Shown: one piece after another, positions 51,767 through 64,000 of the stretch
Position numbering within the stretch: position 1 is the first letter of the stretch
Layout: every line of letters starts with the position of its first letter
Source: Okamejei kenojei
Lineage: Eukaryota
Direction of reading: 5' to 3'
NCBI GenBank assembly: GCA_035221665.1
Contig: CM069132.1
Coordinates: forward strand, 66,712,001-66,776,000
DNA length: 64,000 nt
Notes under the pieces: generated by a model
What the model was told of the DNA's origin: nothing
The model's input: only the letters and a program-made list of their open reading frames with translations
The model's database searches: none
Program-made: the position numbers and the translations under genes

Positions 51767-52897
51767 TGTACTGTTCTATGTTCTTCACAATTGCTGCAAG
51801 ATATTTTAGATTCAATTTCTCTCTCAGGGTGTTGCTACTATCACAACTCTCACTAATATTATTTTTGTCTATGCTTATCTCAAAAAATACCCTAACACAA
51901 AACATTGCCTATCGATTGCCTTCACAGATGCTGCCTGACATGCTGAGTCACTCCTGCACTTTGTGTTGTGCTTAAAATTCCAATATCCGGTGTTCCTTGT
52001 GTCTCCTCTCCATCTTTTTTGCTTCTTATTCTCTGGGCCGAAATAATTTCTCACTTGTTCAACTTTATGTTCAAATCTGGCCCCTCTTCTACACATTCCC
52101 CTTGCCCCAACACCCACAATCCCTTCTAAATATAAATTACACCACGATATTTAATTCCCCACCTTGAATTCCTTCTAACCACATCTCTGGCTACTTTTGT
52201 TCATTTTGAAGTATCTCAATTTGTGCATTAGTTTATCAAAAGCTACAAATGTTTTTTCCTTCAAATACATCTTTATGACTTTTTTTTCTCCATATTTCCA
52301 CTATGTGACTGTGATGTTCAACCATCATTAAATCTGTCCTTTCATCTGAACTGGCACCTTTTAAATAATATTTAAGTGTGTATAACACTCACTATTCAAT
52401 ATTGTGAATGGGTCATTACAGTCTGAAACTCTGAGATGGAAGCCTCCTTGGAACTTTGTTTTGTCTAAGTGAACTAGAGTTAAACAGGAAAGATTTATGC
52501 AGAACCTTCCAAGATATTCCAAATTGCTTAACACCCAATTAAGTACTTTTGAAGTCAATTCACTGTTGGAATGTAGGAAACACCACAGCCAATTTGTAAC
52601 GTCTTCTCCAATGGGAATATTTCAATATTCAGATAATCTGTTTTGTTATATTGGCAGAAAGTTGATTTGTTTTCCCCTTCAGGTCATCACATCTAATTCC
52701 ATTCCATTCCAGTGCAATGAGTTTTTTTTTTGCCAGCTTTCTGACTATTACTAGAGAACAGGGAGTCATGTCTCGATTGTGCAAGCTTAACTTTGCTGGA
52801 AAGTAAGATAATGAAATGTTTACTGAACAGTTTGATGAAATAAATATAAACCAGACAATGAATTTTAACAAGGTTGTTGATCAGGTTAGATATGGTA

Positions 52898-53240
52898 AGC
52901 ACAAAATGCTGGAGTAACTCAGTGGGGACAGGCAGCTTCTCTGGAGAGAAAGAATGGGTGACGTTTCGGGTCGAGACCCTTCTTCAGACTGATGTCAGGG
53001 GAGTGGGCGGGACTGAGTTAGAATGTAGTCGGAGACAGTAAGACTTGTGGGAGAACTGTGAAGGGGGAGGGGATGGAGAGAGAGAGGGAAAGCAAGGGCT
53101 ATTTGAAGTAAGAGAAGTCAATGTTCATACCGCTTGGGTGTAAGCTACCCAATCAAAATATGAGGTGCTATTCCTCCAATTTGCACTGCGCCTCATTCTA
53201 ACAATGGAGGAGGCCCAGGACAGAAAGGTCAGATTGAGAT
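52898..53240 (-). mobile_element. Penelope 3' end with terminal repeat
   Basis: Same sequence as 130-560. Confidence 0.85.
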
Positions 53241-54033
53241 TTTTTTTTTGAAAGGTCAGATTGGGAATGGTTTTTTTTTCATGGTAATTGTAATTTTATA
53301 GTAAAAGTATGGTAAAAAATATATGGTTAGGGTCTCGACCTGAAACATCACCTATTCCTTTTCTCCGGATGCTGGCTGACTGACCTCCTGAGTTACTCCA
53401 GGATTTTGTGTCTATGTTCTATATAGTAAGCTGATCTAAAGGTTAGTAGACATGGGATAGAGGGTGAGCTGGTTGAACATTTGCAAAATTAACTTGGAGG
53501 CATAGGGAGGTAATGAAGCATTGGTATTCAGATTGGAGAACTATGACCAGTGATGTCTGGCAGGGATTAGTGTTGGGTCCTATGCTGTTTGTCATCTATA
53601 ATAATAATTTGGATGAGAATGTGAGTGACTTGAAACCAAATTTGATGGTGCAGTAGACAGTGAAGAAGGTCACCTTATTCAACTGTGAAGGTAAGCAAGG
53701 AAATATTGGATGCATTTGAATACAAATAGAGTGTAGAGTGATGTGTTTTTTTGCAAATTAAACCAGAGTAGGATGGACACAGCGAATGGCAGCATCCAGG
53801 GGAATATTGTTGAACCGAGAGATTATGACATACAAGTACATAATTCCCTGAAAGTGGCAAGTTAGGAAGATAGGGTGGTGAAGACAACATATATGGTGGC
53901 TGGTGCATTGAGCATAAGAGTTGGCGCATCATGTTACATATTTTGAACATTTTGCTTAGACCACACATTGTGTGTAACAAAGATTTACAAGGAAGTTATT
54001 GTGTGCAGAAAAGATTTGCAAGAAAGTTATCTG

Positions 54034-55746
54034 CGGAGCAAGATGGTTCACTCCAAGATGGAAAAAGCCGTAGTAGCTGATGGGTAATCTTCAGTGACAT
54101 TCCCGTAACCGGCTTCTGTCATGGGGCGACATCTACAAGCAGAGCGTACTGCTCCACTATAATTGCAGGGTTCTTCGTAAATGCAGCAGTTCCACACTTT
54201 AATTCTTTAAAAAAATGTATGCGCACTCTAACAATAGTAAAAAAGACTGCAGTAATTAAAACTATCGGAATTACTTTGGAGGTACCTCTGCACCTCTTCT
54301 TTTTTTTTAAATGTATAAGCACTCTAATAGTAAGAAAGATTGCAGAAATTAAAACTAACGGAATTATTTTGTAGGCACCTCTGCGATTCATCTCCTGTAC
54401 ATTACCCCCCCCCCCGAATATTTCATCTGGGGTTTTAGACCGAGCTAATCTTGTAGAGGGTTGACAGATTTTCCTTGCTAAAGGATAACCTGCGACCCTA
54501 ACTAAACCGCACATCTTCTGTATGCTGGATCAGACATAACTCAGTGCAGTTCTTCGATCTTCACGATGATGTACCTTGATGTCAAGGATGGACACGAACA
54601 GCTGGAGTAACTCAGTGGGTCAGAAAAAGGGTCTCGACCCGATACGTTGCCTGTTTCTTTTCTCCAGAGATGCTGTCTGACCCGCTGAGTTTCTCCAGCT
54701 TTTTGTGTCTATCTTCGGTTTAAACCAGCATCTGTAGTTCCTTCTTACACCTTAATGTCAATACGTTTCCGAATTTATTGAGTGCAATGTTATCTATTCC
54801 CATTTTTTGTATCAAAGCTTCTCAGCTCATGATTATCAAATTGCAGACAATTTTGCCAAATTTCAGGCTACCATCGTGTTGTGAACTTATGACTGTACTC
54901 TATATCTGCCCGATCCATGTACCCGTCTAAATGTTTCTTAAAAATTACGATAGTTATGATATGCAAAAAAGGTTGCCGACCCCTGGACTAAACCAAACCC
55001 ATGATCCTGTCCTGCCAGCCATTCATATTTTATTCACAATATTAGGATTTCGTAGCGGGAGAGAGAGAGATGGGTTGAATGAATGAATGAAAGAAAGAAA
55101 GAAAAAGGTTAATTAAACAATTAATTAGAGATCACAAGAGAGAAACAAGAGAATATATATATGTGTGTTGTATATTTATGTAGGTATACGTCACACACAC
55201 ATATATATATATATACATATGCATCATATATATATAATGAATATATATGTGTTTATATATATAAGAAATTAGAAAAATATATGTGTGTGTGTTATATAAT
55301 TATATGCATCTACAGCACANNNNNNNNNNNNNNNNNNNNNNNNNNNNNNNNNNNNNNNNNNNNNNNNNNNNNNNNNNNNNNNNNNNNNNNNNNNNNNNNN
55401 NNNNNNNNNNNNNNNNNNNNNNNNNNNNNNNNNNNNNNNNNNNNNNNNNNNNNNCATACAAGCAGTTGTGAACAATGGGATTAGATGAATTACAGAGTGC
55501 AAGTTTAACACAAAAATCAATGTAAACACAGGACATGAGCCATTTAAACATAAAAATTAAAAAAACATTTAAAACATTTGAAAACACGCAAACTGTTCCC
55601 CCGCAATGCTGATTACACCTCGAGAGGCATAAATGAAGTCGGGTCGAGATTACTGAAATGGCGGAAGTTACGCTCCATTGCGTACTACACGTCAGTCCAT
55701 TGGATTTTGCAGGAGTGGACCATCTTGCTCCGCTCGAAGATCTTTG
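54034..55746. mobile_element. hAT-like non-autonomous DNA element inserted in a CR1 fragment (about 53440-54033 and 55747-56300)
   Basis: Inverted ends CGGAGCAAGATGGTTCACTCC / GGAGTGGACCATCTTGCTCCG; 8-bp direct repeat GTTATCTG at 54026-54033 and 55747-55754. Confidence 0.65.
55320..55454. other. Assembly gap (N run) next to (TA)-rich low-complexity DNA
   Basis: Ns in the sequence. Confidence 1.
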
Positions 55747-58115
55747 GTTATCTGGAATGAGGGCTTGAGTTTACAGAGAGATTTGACAGAGTCATACAGT
55801 AAATTTGTACAGCATAGAAACATGTTCTTCAACCCATCGCATGGAAGTGTAGAGACTATTGTCCCCACACTTCCATATCCTTCTACACTCTGCTCATTCA
55901 ATTACCTGTCCAGCTACCTCTTAAATGTTGTTGCAGTTCTTACCTTGGCCAGCTCATTCCGGATATCAAGTTGATATCTTTGTATGAAAATTGTTCCCTT
56001 AGGGCTTGGTCAGTTTTCACTGGAGTGAAGGAGGCTGAGAGGTGACATGATAGAGCTCTTTAAAATTATTACATAGTCTCATAGGTGGATAAAATATCCC
56101 AACATGCTGAGGAGACCTCAAAAAAAGATACAAAATCAAAATGGCAACTGACACATTAATTAATTAATTGTGAGAATTATATTGTTAATTGAAAAGTGGT
56201 TAGATTGTGGAGCTTGTTGAGGTGAATATAACAGCAGCATTTAAAGAGAATCTTAATAAACACATGAGGGAGAACTATACAGAAGATATTAATCAAGGTT
56301 GTTAGATCAAATTGGGCAAGCCAAGTATAGTAGAAACTTCAATGGATCATTTTTTGTTCGATAGTTTGTTCCTATGCTTTATGGACAATGTTCTTTATGT
56401 GGTCTACAACAAATAGAAAAGTGTAATTTAATGAAGGCCCAAGGGGTAGTGCGAGAACATATAGAAATAATCTACAGATCATGCCAGCCAAAATTATGCT
56501 TACGGATAGTTGGAGACAGGAGATATTGCAGATGTTTTTAATATTGAGTGAACAACAAAGTTCTGGAGGAACTCAGCAGGTCAGACAACATTTGTGGAGA
56601 GAAATGGGCAGACGACGTATTGGCTCAGGATCCTTCCTCAGACTGATGAAGAAGTCGTGTCCCCCCCCCCCCCCCCCACCCCCCCCCCACCGGACCTGCT
56701 GAGCTCCTCCAGTAGTTTGTTTTCTCACTGTACCGATAGTTGATGCATCTCTACTCTTCAGCTTTTTCTCCTTGTTTTTCATTTTATGTTTCTGCACCTC
56801 CGAGCTTCTGCACCTTGCAGCCTTAACTTTGATTTCTCCGGTTCCTTAAAATCATCCGTTTAGTTTAGTTTAGAGATACAGCGTGGAAACAGGCCCTTCG
56901 GCCCACTGTGTCCACACTGACCAGCAATCCCTGCACATTAACACTATCCTATATGGTCAACTCTTCGTGGTGCTCAGTGCTCGTGGTACTCCTGCTCTCC
57001 GCACCTGGAACATCTGACGGTGAAGTGTCGCCCCTTCTACCTCCCAAGGGAATTCACCTCCATCATCCTGACCGCGGTCACCTCCATCATCCCACCCCGG
57101 GCAGATGTCCGTCTAGCATTGGAGGAGTGCACGCCATGGTCAACAAGCATCAGACAGCGTGCCTCGAAGCGTTTACCACCATAGCCGGGGACATCAACAA
57201 GACCAACCTCAAAAAATCACTCCCAAACTACCACCAACATGTCGCCTGCAGCACCAGAGGATTAAACATCCTTGACCACTCTTATACGACCATCAAGGAT
57301 GCCTATCGCTCTATCCCTCGCCCTCACTTTGGGAAATCCGACGATTCAGCAGTGCTGATTCTTTCTGCATACAGGCAGCAACTGAAGAGTGCACCCCCAG
57401 AGGTGAGGGCTATACAGAGCTGGTCTGGGGAGGCAGAGGAACACTACAGGACTGCTTGGAGTCTGTAGACTGGGCAATGTTCAAAGACTCGGCAACGGAC
57501 CTGATGAATGTGCCACAGTCGTTACAGACTTCATAAGGAAATGTGTGGAGGGCTGCGTTCCAACAAAAACCTTCCAAGTGTTTCCTAACCAGAAGTCTTG
57601 GATGAACCAGGAGATCCGCATTCTTCCGAAGACCAGATCCCGGGCATTCAAGTCTGGTGACGCAGAGGTCTAGATACGACCTTGGCAAGGTCATCAAAAA
57701 GGACAAAAGGGACTTCCGCTCAAAGCTGAAGGATGAGATGGATGTTCGGCAGCTGTGGCAGGGTTTGAATGCCATCACCTCCTACAAGGCAAAACCAGGA
57801 GGCAGCTCAAGTGACAGCAAAGCGTCACTCCCTGACGAGCTCAATGCATTCTACACACGCTTTGATAGGGAGAACACTGATGTGCATTCCCGAGCCTCCA
57901 TACAGTCACAGTCACAGCCGACGTCAGAAGTTCCTTCGGGGGGTGAACCCTCGGAAAGCGCCTGGACCTGATGGTATGCCCGATCGAGTTCTCAAAACCT
58001 GTGCAGACCAACAGGCTGGGGTTTTTGCAGACAATTTCAACCTCTCAGTACTGAGGTCTGAGGTTTCCACCTGCTTTAAGGGGGCATCAATAATACCAAT
58101 GGCCAAGAAGAATAA

Positions 58116-58870
58116 AGGGTCTGTCCCACTTAGGCGACATTTTAGGCGAGTGCAGGAGACTCTGCGCTCGCCTCATGATCGCCACATGGTCGCCACACGT
58201 TCGCTGGTGGTCTCTGGTGAGTCTCCTTCATGGTCGATAGGAGTTCCCGCATCCTGGGAACTAGTCGCGGCCTCAGTACGATTGCAGCAAATTTTCTGCG
58301 ACCAAAGAATGGTCGCCATGGAGAAAATCGACACTTTTGTAGTCGTAGGTGCAGTGGTAGTGGGGTTGCCATGTCGTTGTAGGTAGTCGAGGTAGCCGTA
58401 GGTAGTTTTAGTTAATCTCATTGGCTCATAGGGGGAATAAAACGTAAGCAGGAGTTTTCAGAACCAAGGAAAACCGACCGGTAATGTTAAATGCCCGCTA
58501 AACTACACAGTTGTGTATTTCTGGCTTATTAAAAGGGTCTGGCTTCTTTAAAGTGTCTCCACTCCATCTCCCCCCCCCCCCCCACCCTTCTCACCCCTTC
58601 TCCTCACTCTTTTAAAGGACTTACTGTACGCTGTGCTAGGCGTCTTTAACCTTCCTGTTCATCGCGGTGTGTGTTTGTAGCACCTTGGCTTTGCACCATG
58701 TGAATTTCAGACAGTGCTCCCCCGCTTTCCATGCCCCCTGCCTTTGCGATGTGTTTGTGTGTGTTCCGCTCTGACGGTCGCCGTTGCAGTTCGCGGTTTT
58801 TCAGGCGTGTGCCTTGAGCTTGAAGGTTGCAGGCAGTCTGCTGAAAAGTCACCTAAGTGGGACAGGCCCT
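58116..58870. mobile_element. PIF/Harbinger-type MITE
   Basis: TIRs AGGGTCTGTCCCACTTAGG / CCTAAGTGGGACAGGCCCT; TSD TAA at 58113-58115 and 58871-58873. Removing it restores KKNKVSCLND in the LINE. Confidence 0.9.
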
Positions 58871-59406
58871 TAAGGTGTCGTGCCTCAATGACTATTGACC
58901 AGTGGCACTAATGTCCATGGTGATGAAGTGCTTTGAGAGGTTGGTTATGGTGGGTAACAACTCCTACATCAACAAGAACACTGACCCACTACAGGTTGCC
59001 TACTGTCACAACAGGTCAACAGAGGATGCAATCTCACTGGCTCTCCACTCCACACTGGACCACTTGGACAATAAAACATTTACGTCAGGCTGTTGTTTAT
59101 AGACTACAGCTTGGTATTCAATACTATCCCCTGCAAGCTGGTTACCAAGCTCACGGAACTGGGTCTCTGCACATCTTCTGCAATTGGATCCTCGATCTCA
59201 TCCACAGACCACAGTCTGTTTGAATTGGCAGAAATGCTTCTTCCTAATTAACAATCAGTATGGGAGCACCTCAAGGCTGCTTGCTCAGTCCCCTGCTCTA
59301 CTCATTCTATACTCATGCCTGTGTAGCTGGTCATAGTGCAAACTTCATCTTCAAGTTCGCTGATGACACCACCGTTGTTGGACGAATTACAGATGGTGAT
59401 GAGTCA

Positions 59407-60170
59407 AGCCCCTGTCCCACTTAGGAAACCTGAACGGAAACTTCTGGTGACCTTGCGCCTCACCCAAGGGTTCCATGAGTCGCCAGAGGTTTTGGTCACT
59501 CGCCTGGAAAGCCGCGACGAAGCGTGAGCTGCATCTACTGACCAACGATCCTACAGGATCTTTGCTACCGACCGCGCACACACACATGCACAAACACATC
59601 GCGAAGGTAGGGGCCAGGGTCAGCGGAGGAGTGCTGTCTGCGCGATGAAGGGGAAGGTAAACGGCTGCCACAGAGCACTGTAAGTCCTTTAGAGAGCGCG
59701 GGAGGGAGGGAGAGAAGAGGGAAAGAAGGGGAGAGAAGGGGGAGAGAAGGGGGAGAGAAGGGGGGAGAGAAGGGTGGAGAGAAGGGGGAAGAAGGAGTGG
59801 AGACAGTTTTAAGAAGTTTAATAAAGTTAGCGGGCATTTTACCTTCCGGCGGATCTTCTAGGTCCTGAAAACCAAACTGAAAACTCCAATGTGCCAATCA
59901 AAATGGCCGGTCAGCGAAGGAGATTGCCTTCGACTGCCTGTAAGTAAATAGAAACCCCACTCCACTAGCTTCGACCAAACGGCAACCTAGTCGAGGCCGG
60001 TTTTGAATTTGTTGAAATAATCGCAGGAACATAGAAGCCTCGACTACGCGGAAACCACTTTCGACCATTAGGGAGAGTGACCAAAACCTCCGGGAACCTC
60101 ACGTAAACCTTGGGTGGGGCGCAAGGTCACCAGAGGTTTCCATTCAGGTTTCCTAAGTGGGACAGGGGCT
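59407..60170. mobile_element. PIF/Harbinger-type MITE with roughly 60-bp TIRs
   Basis: AGCCCCTGTCCCACTTAGGAAACCTGAA... / ...TTCAGGTTTCCTAAGTGGGACAGGGGCT; TSD TCA/TTA. Removing it restores DGDESDYRNE. Confidence 0.9.
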
Positions 60171-60893
60171 TTAGATTATAGAAATGAGATCGACCAGCTG
60201 ACCAAATGGTGTCAGCACAACAACCTGGCTCTCAATATCAATGATGCCAATGAACTGATTGTGGACTTCGGAAGAGGAAGGATGAGGACCCACAATTCTA
60301 TTTATATTAATCCTGTTTATATTGTGGAGCGAGTCAAAAACTTCAAATTCCTGGGCGTGCATATTTCCGGAGATCTTTCCTTGATGCAATTATAAATAAA
60401 ACACATCAACGCCTGTACTTCCTGAGAGTATTAAGGAGATTCGGTATGTCAAAGAAGATTCACTTGAATCGCTACAGGTGTACAGTCGAGAGCACATTGA
60501 CTGGTTGCATCATTGCCTGGTTCGGTAACTTGAAAGCCCAGGGGTGGTAAAGACTGCAAAGAGTTGTGACCACTGCCCAGTCCATCACCGGCTCTGACCT
60601 CCCCTCCATCGAAGGGATTTATCGGAGTCGCTGCCTCAAAAAGGCAGCCAGCATCATCAGAGACCCACACCATCCTGGCCACACACTCATTTCACCACTG
60701 CCATCGGGAAGTCTGAAAACTGTAACCTCCAGGTTCAGGAACAGCTTCTTCCCTGCAGCCATCAGGCTATTAAACACTACAACCTCAAATAAGCTCTGAA
60801 CTACAACAGACTATTATTATTATTATTATTATTATTATTGCTGCACTACTATTGTATTTTTTAGCATGTGTGTATTGTATATATATATACTAT

Positions 60894-60945
<52 letters not shown>

Positions 60946-62863
60946 GCATATATATGCTTGCATATTGAACTATATTGTTTACATTGTACTATGTTTAGAG
61001 CAAGTAAGAATTTCATAGGACACACTCTTAACTCTTGACACTAGGCACAATTTACATTTATACCAAGCCAATATACATTTTACATTTATACCAAGATATA
61101 CTTGTACGTCTTTGGAATGTGGGAGGAAACTGGAGATCTCTGAGAAAACCCACACGGTCATGGGGAGAACGCACAAATTCCGTACAGACAGCACCCGTAG
61201 TCAGGATCAAACCGGGATCTCCGGCGCTGCAAGCGCGGTGAGCCAGCAACTCTACCGCTGTGCCACCTTGATGCCATCACTTAAGATCATTTATGTTTAA
61301 CCTGTAAAATGTTTTGTTAATAATTTGAAAGGGCAAAGGAGATAAGAAATTAAAAAAAACTTTTTTTTCTGCAGAGAGAGAAAGAAAATAAAGCCAATCA
61401 ACCCCAGTGCAAAGGCTGGAAAAGTAACAAGTAGAATTCCTTATATGGATATCAATTATCTGATTAAAAAAAACCTAATTGAAATCCAAGGTTGATTGCA
61501 GCTGGGCAATAACCACCAGACTAAACTTCAGGAATGAACCTTCTGGAGATATCTGCAATGCTGCTGTGTGGCTCAATACTTATTCAGTTACAAATTACGA
61601 TTGTTTGGTTCTGGCAACATGTACAAACTTAGTTTGGCAGCATTTCCGACCTCAACCAGCAGCCAACCTCAGAATCTCCTCCAACTTTCTAAAGTATTGG
61701 CATTTTGGGAATGTAAATCCAGGACATGTGTATGAGAGCATTCACAAGTAGAAGATCACTCTAAGAGATGCGTTATTAGAAGAGGCGGAGGGGATGGAAA
61801 TTATGACTCTTCATACCCGACTCCAGGTAATATTAAATGCTAACATTTATTGGGTTAGATACTGTTGTCTCCAAATGCACAAGACCTTACCAGTACTTAG
61901 CATTGTTAAGTTGAAGCTTTATATTTGGGTGAACATCAGAACTACTTTTGGACATGCTTGCATGTCTTTACGCATGGCTTTGTCAGCATATTTGATGAAG
62001 GTACAACGTGTGGGGTGTTCCCATAGGGAAGGAGTCCGTGCTTCACACTGGGCCGAGGCTCGACATTTATGGGGTTCCTGTGCGTCAGATGTGCAACTTC
62101 ATAGGCAATTAACTTGGTGTAGAGACAGTTTTGCCCTAACAACCCCAGAATGCTGAATGTAAAGTGGATCTAAAGTAAAGCAAACTCGTAAAGTGCACAC
62201 CTCTTCCGACCAAAATGCCTCAGATCATCTGTCCCAATCATGTTCCTATTTCATGTACCCTCCAACACAGCCATCTCTGCAGTCTTCTGCCTGCATCCCA
62301 ATGATCCCCATCACCAATTGATCATATTTCCCCTCATCTTTTCAATTCCCACCACAAACCTTGATCTTCCAAAATCATAATTATTCCCACCACCGATCTT
62401 TGCCTGAATCATTCCCCAATCTTACCTTTTCCTCACTATCACCGACTAAATTCCTCTTTTTCCTCTCAAAGCTTTTTGAATGCTTCTGAATACCCCTGAC
62501 TATTCAGAGGTAATCAGATCAGTCAAAGATGAACCATTAAAAGTAACAGTTAGCAATTTTTAATTACTCACTATCAAATTAGAACCATTTTCTCAAAGCT
62601 TTTAAAATAAATGATTTAATTTTACTTTTCATTCATTCAGCTTTCATTCTCTCAGCTGTAAACTCTGTTGTAATAAAGGGACTCAAAGCGTTTGTTGCAA
62701 ATCTAACCTGGTGCAGAAAAATTGTATATAGATTTTCCTCATGAAATCTCAGCAAATTCGTACTCCACTTTTGAACCTGTGCAATGTGAACAGGTTGAAT
62801 ATGTCAATAGATTTTCTGGCTGGAAACTGCCTGGCAAAGGATGGGTGGACAGAGAGAGGTGGG

Positions 62864-62905
<42 letters not shown>

Positions 62906-63479
62906 TGACTGATGGATGGACACAAGTCAGAGATGAAAAGGAGACAAACTGCTGTGAGATAAGAATAGAGGCATGAAATACAAGGCCAAAGTAAAGGGTA
63001 TAAGGGAGGAAGAGGGGGAGGAAGAAGAAGAAATGGGTGCACATCTATTGTAATCTAGTGTAATAATTTATACTGTGAATCTTTTTAAAACAAAATGCTC
63101 AGACTACATCCAGGTTAGAACAAAACCTAAGAAAGCAAAATCATAATTAAAAATATCAAATTAATAAATGTATCAAATTGTTTGTTATGCTAGTTTATGA
63201 CTACACCTTCCATATTAAGGACACATTAAATCTGCAATAAGTGTTAATGGATCACATCAATACCTTACCTTCTCAGAATACTTGGCCACATCATATATAG
63301 TCAGCAGTTTACCTAAACTTTGTGCAAACAAAATGCAGCCCATGGATACATGAGTCACTGTTGACTTTTTTCTTATGTAAAAGTGATGATAATCCAGAAA
63401 GGAAATATTTTTGCTTAGCCTGGAAAATATTTTCATGCTGTTAGGACCTTTTAATTTTTGAATCAAAATGTTGCAAGAT

Positions 63480-64000
63480 CCATACTAGAGACCCAAACAC
63501 AAACTTGATACTCTAGTTCACTACTGAGGGACCATGTTGCTGTCAGAAATGATACATTCCAGGTAGTGGGAGAAATGTGTACGTAGCAGGGTTGAGGTGT
63601 GGCAGTAGAAGGAGAGGTGAAGACGGCAGAGGGGGGCAAGTTATTACTTAGAATTGGCCATTTCAACATTATTCATATCCCTTCCAGCCAGTCATCGTGC
63701 TCATTTCCCTCCAGACTCTAACCTCCCATCTCCGAGCGTATTTTTCTTTTTATCCCATCTTTCCCCATCCCCCCATATCCTTCCCTCTGGCTTTACATTT
63801 CACTTTTCTTCTTTCCTTATCTGACACACTTTGGTCTCACTGGCCTCTGTCATTATCTCCACCTCTCTGCTAATTACTCCACCCCATATCCACCTATTAC
63901 TCGACAGTCTTTTCCTCACCCCACCCTTCTTTTCCACATTTCTTCTTCCCACTCCACCAGTCTGAGAAGGTTCCTGATCCATTCCTTTCACAGATAATGC
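63480..64000 (+). mobile_element. Degraded Penelope 3' region
   Basis: Pyrimidine-rich 3' segment ending in cagtctgagaaggttcctga, like the other PLE ends in the window. Confidence 0.5.

Larger units (their letters stand above)
56953..61038 (+). mobile_element. Rex1/Babar-like LINE (AP-endonuclease C-terminal part, RT and 3'UTR), interrupted by two MITEs
   Basis: AGDINKTNLK...LDHSYT...HFGKSDD; KAPGPDG; MKCFERLV; KFADDTTVVG; WCQHNNLALN; 3'UTR with (ATT)n and (TG)n; ctcttga tail. Confidence 0.9.
56858..61275 (-). mobile_element. V-SINE split into two parts (56858-56952 and 61039-61275) by a LINE insertion
   Basis: The two parts are collinear halves when compared with the copy at 48030-48358. 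Confidence 0.8.

Noticed and set aside
63257-63466. Possible minus-strand exon ending at a strong AAG|GTAAGG donor (about 63268)
   Set aside because: No recognisable protein similarity and no partner exons; insufficient support.

Overview
Vertebrate genomic DNA. The repeat complement (HE1-like V-SINEs, HER1/CR1, Rex1-like LINEs, Penelope, DIRS) points to a cartilaginous fish, probably a skate or ray; this is an inference. The only host gene I can support is the 5' part of ADAMTS16 on the minus strand: coding exons 1-3 at 32214-32125, 32004-31908 and 26179-25856, with a CpG-rich promoter/5'UTR near 32.3-32.8 kb. I did not find exon 4, which probably lies beyond the left edge. The model needs a GC-AG first intron and has a +1 frameshift in exon 3. 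About 1.5 kb upstream of the start codon is a full-length but mutated DIRS1-like tyrosine-recombinase retrotransposon (33711-38347). It carries gag, RT/RNaseH, an adenine-methyltransferase-like domain, YR, split inverted termini and an internal complementary region. The rest is transposon-rich intronic and intergenic DNA with several multi-level nests, Harbinger-type MITEs, a hAT-like and a Helitron-like non-autonomous element, and many Penelope terminal-repeat copies with a minimal hammerhead-ribozyme-like core. There are two assembly gaps. Family assignments are from memory of protein and repeat motifs; no searches were run.
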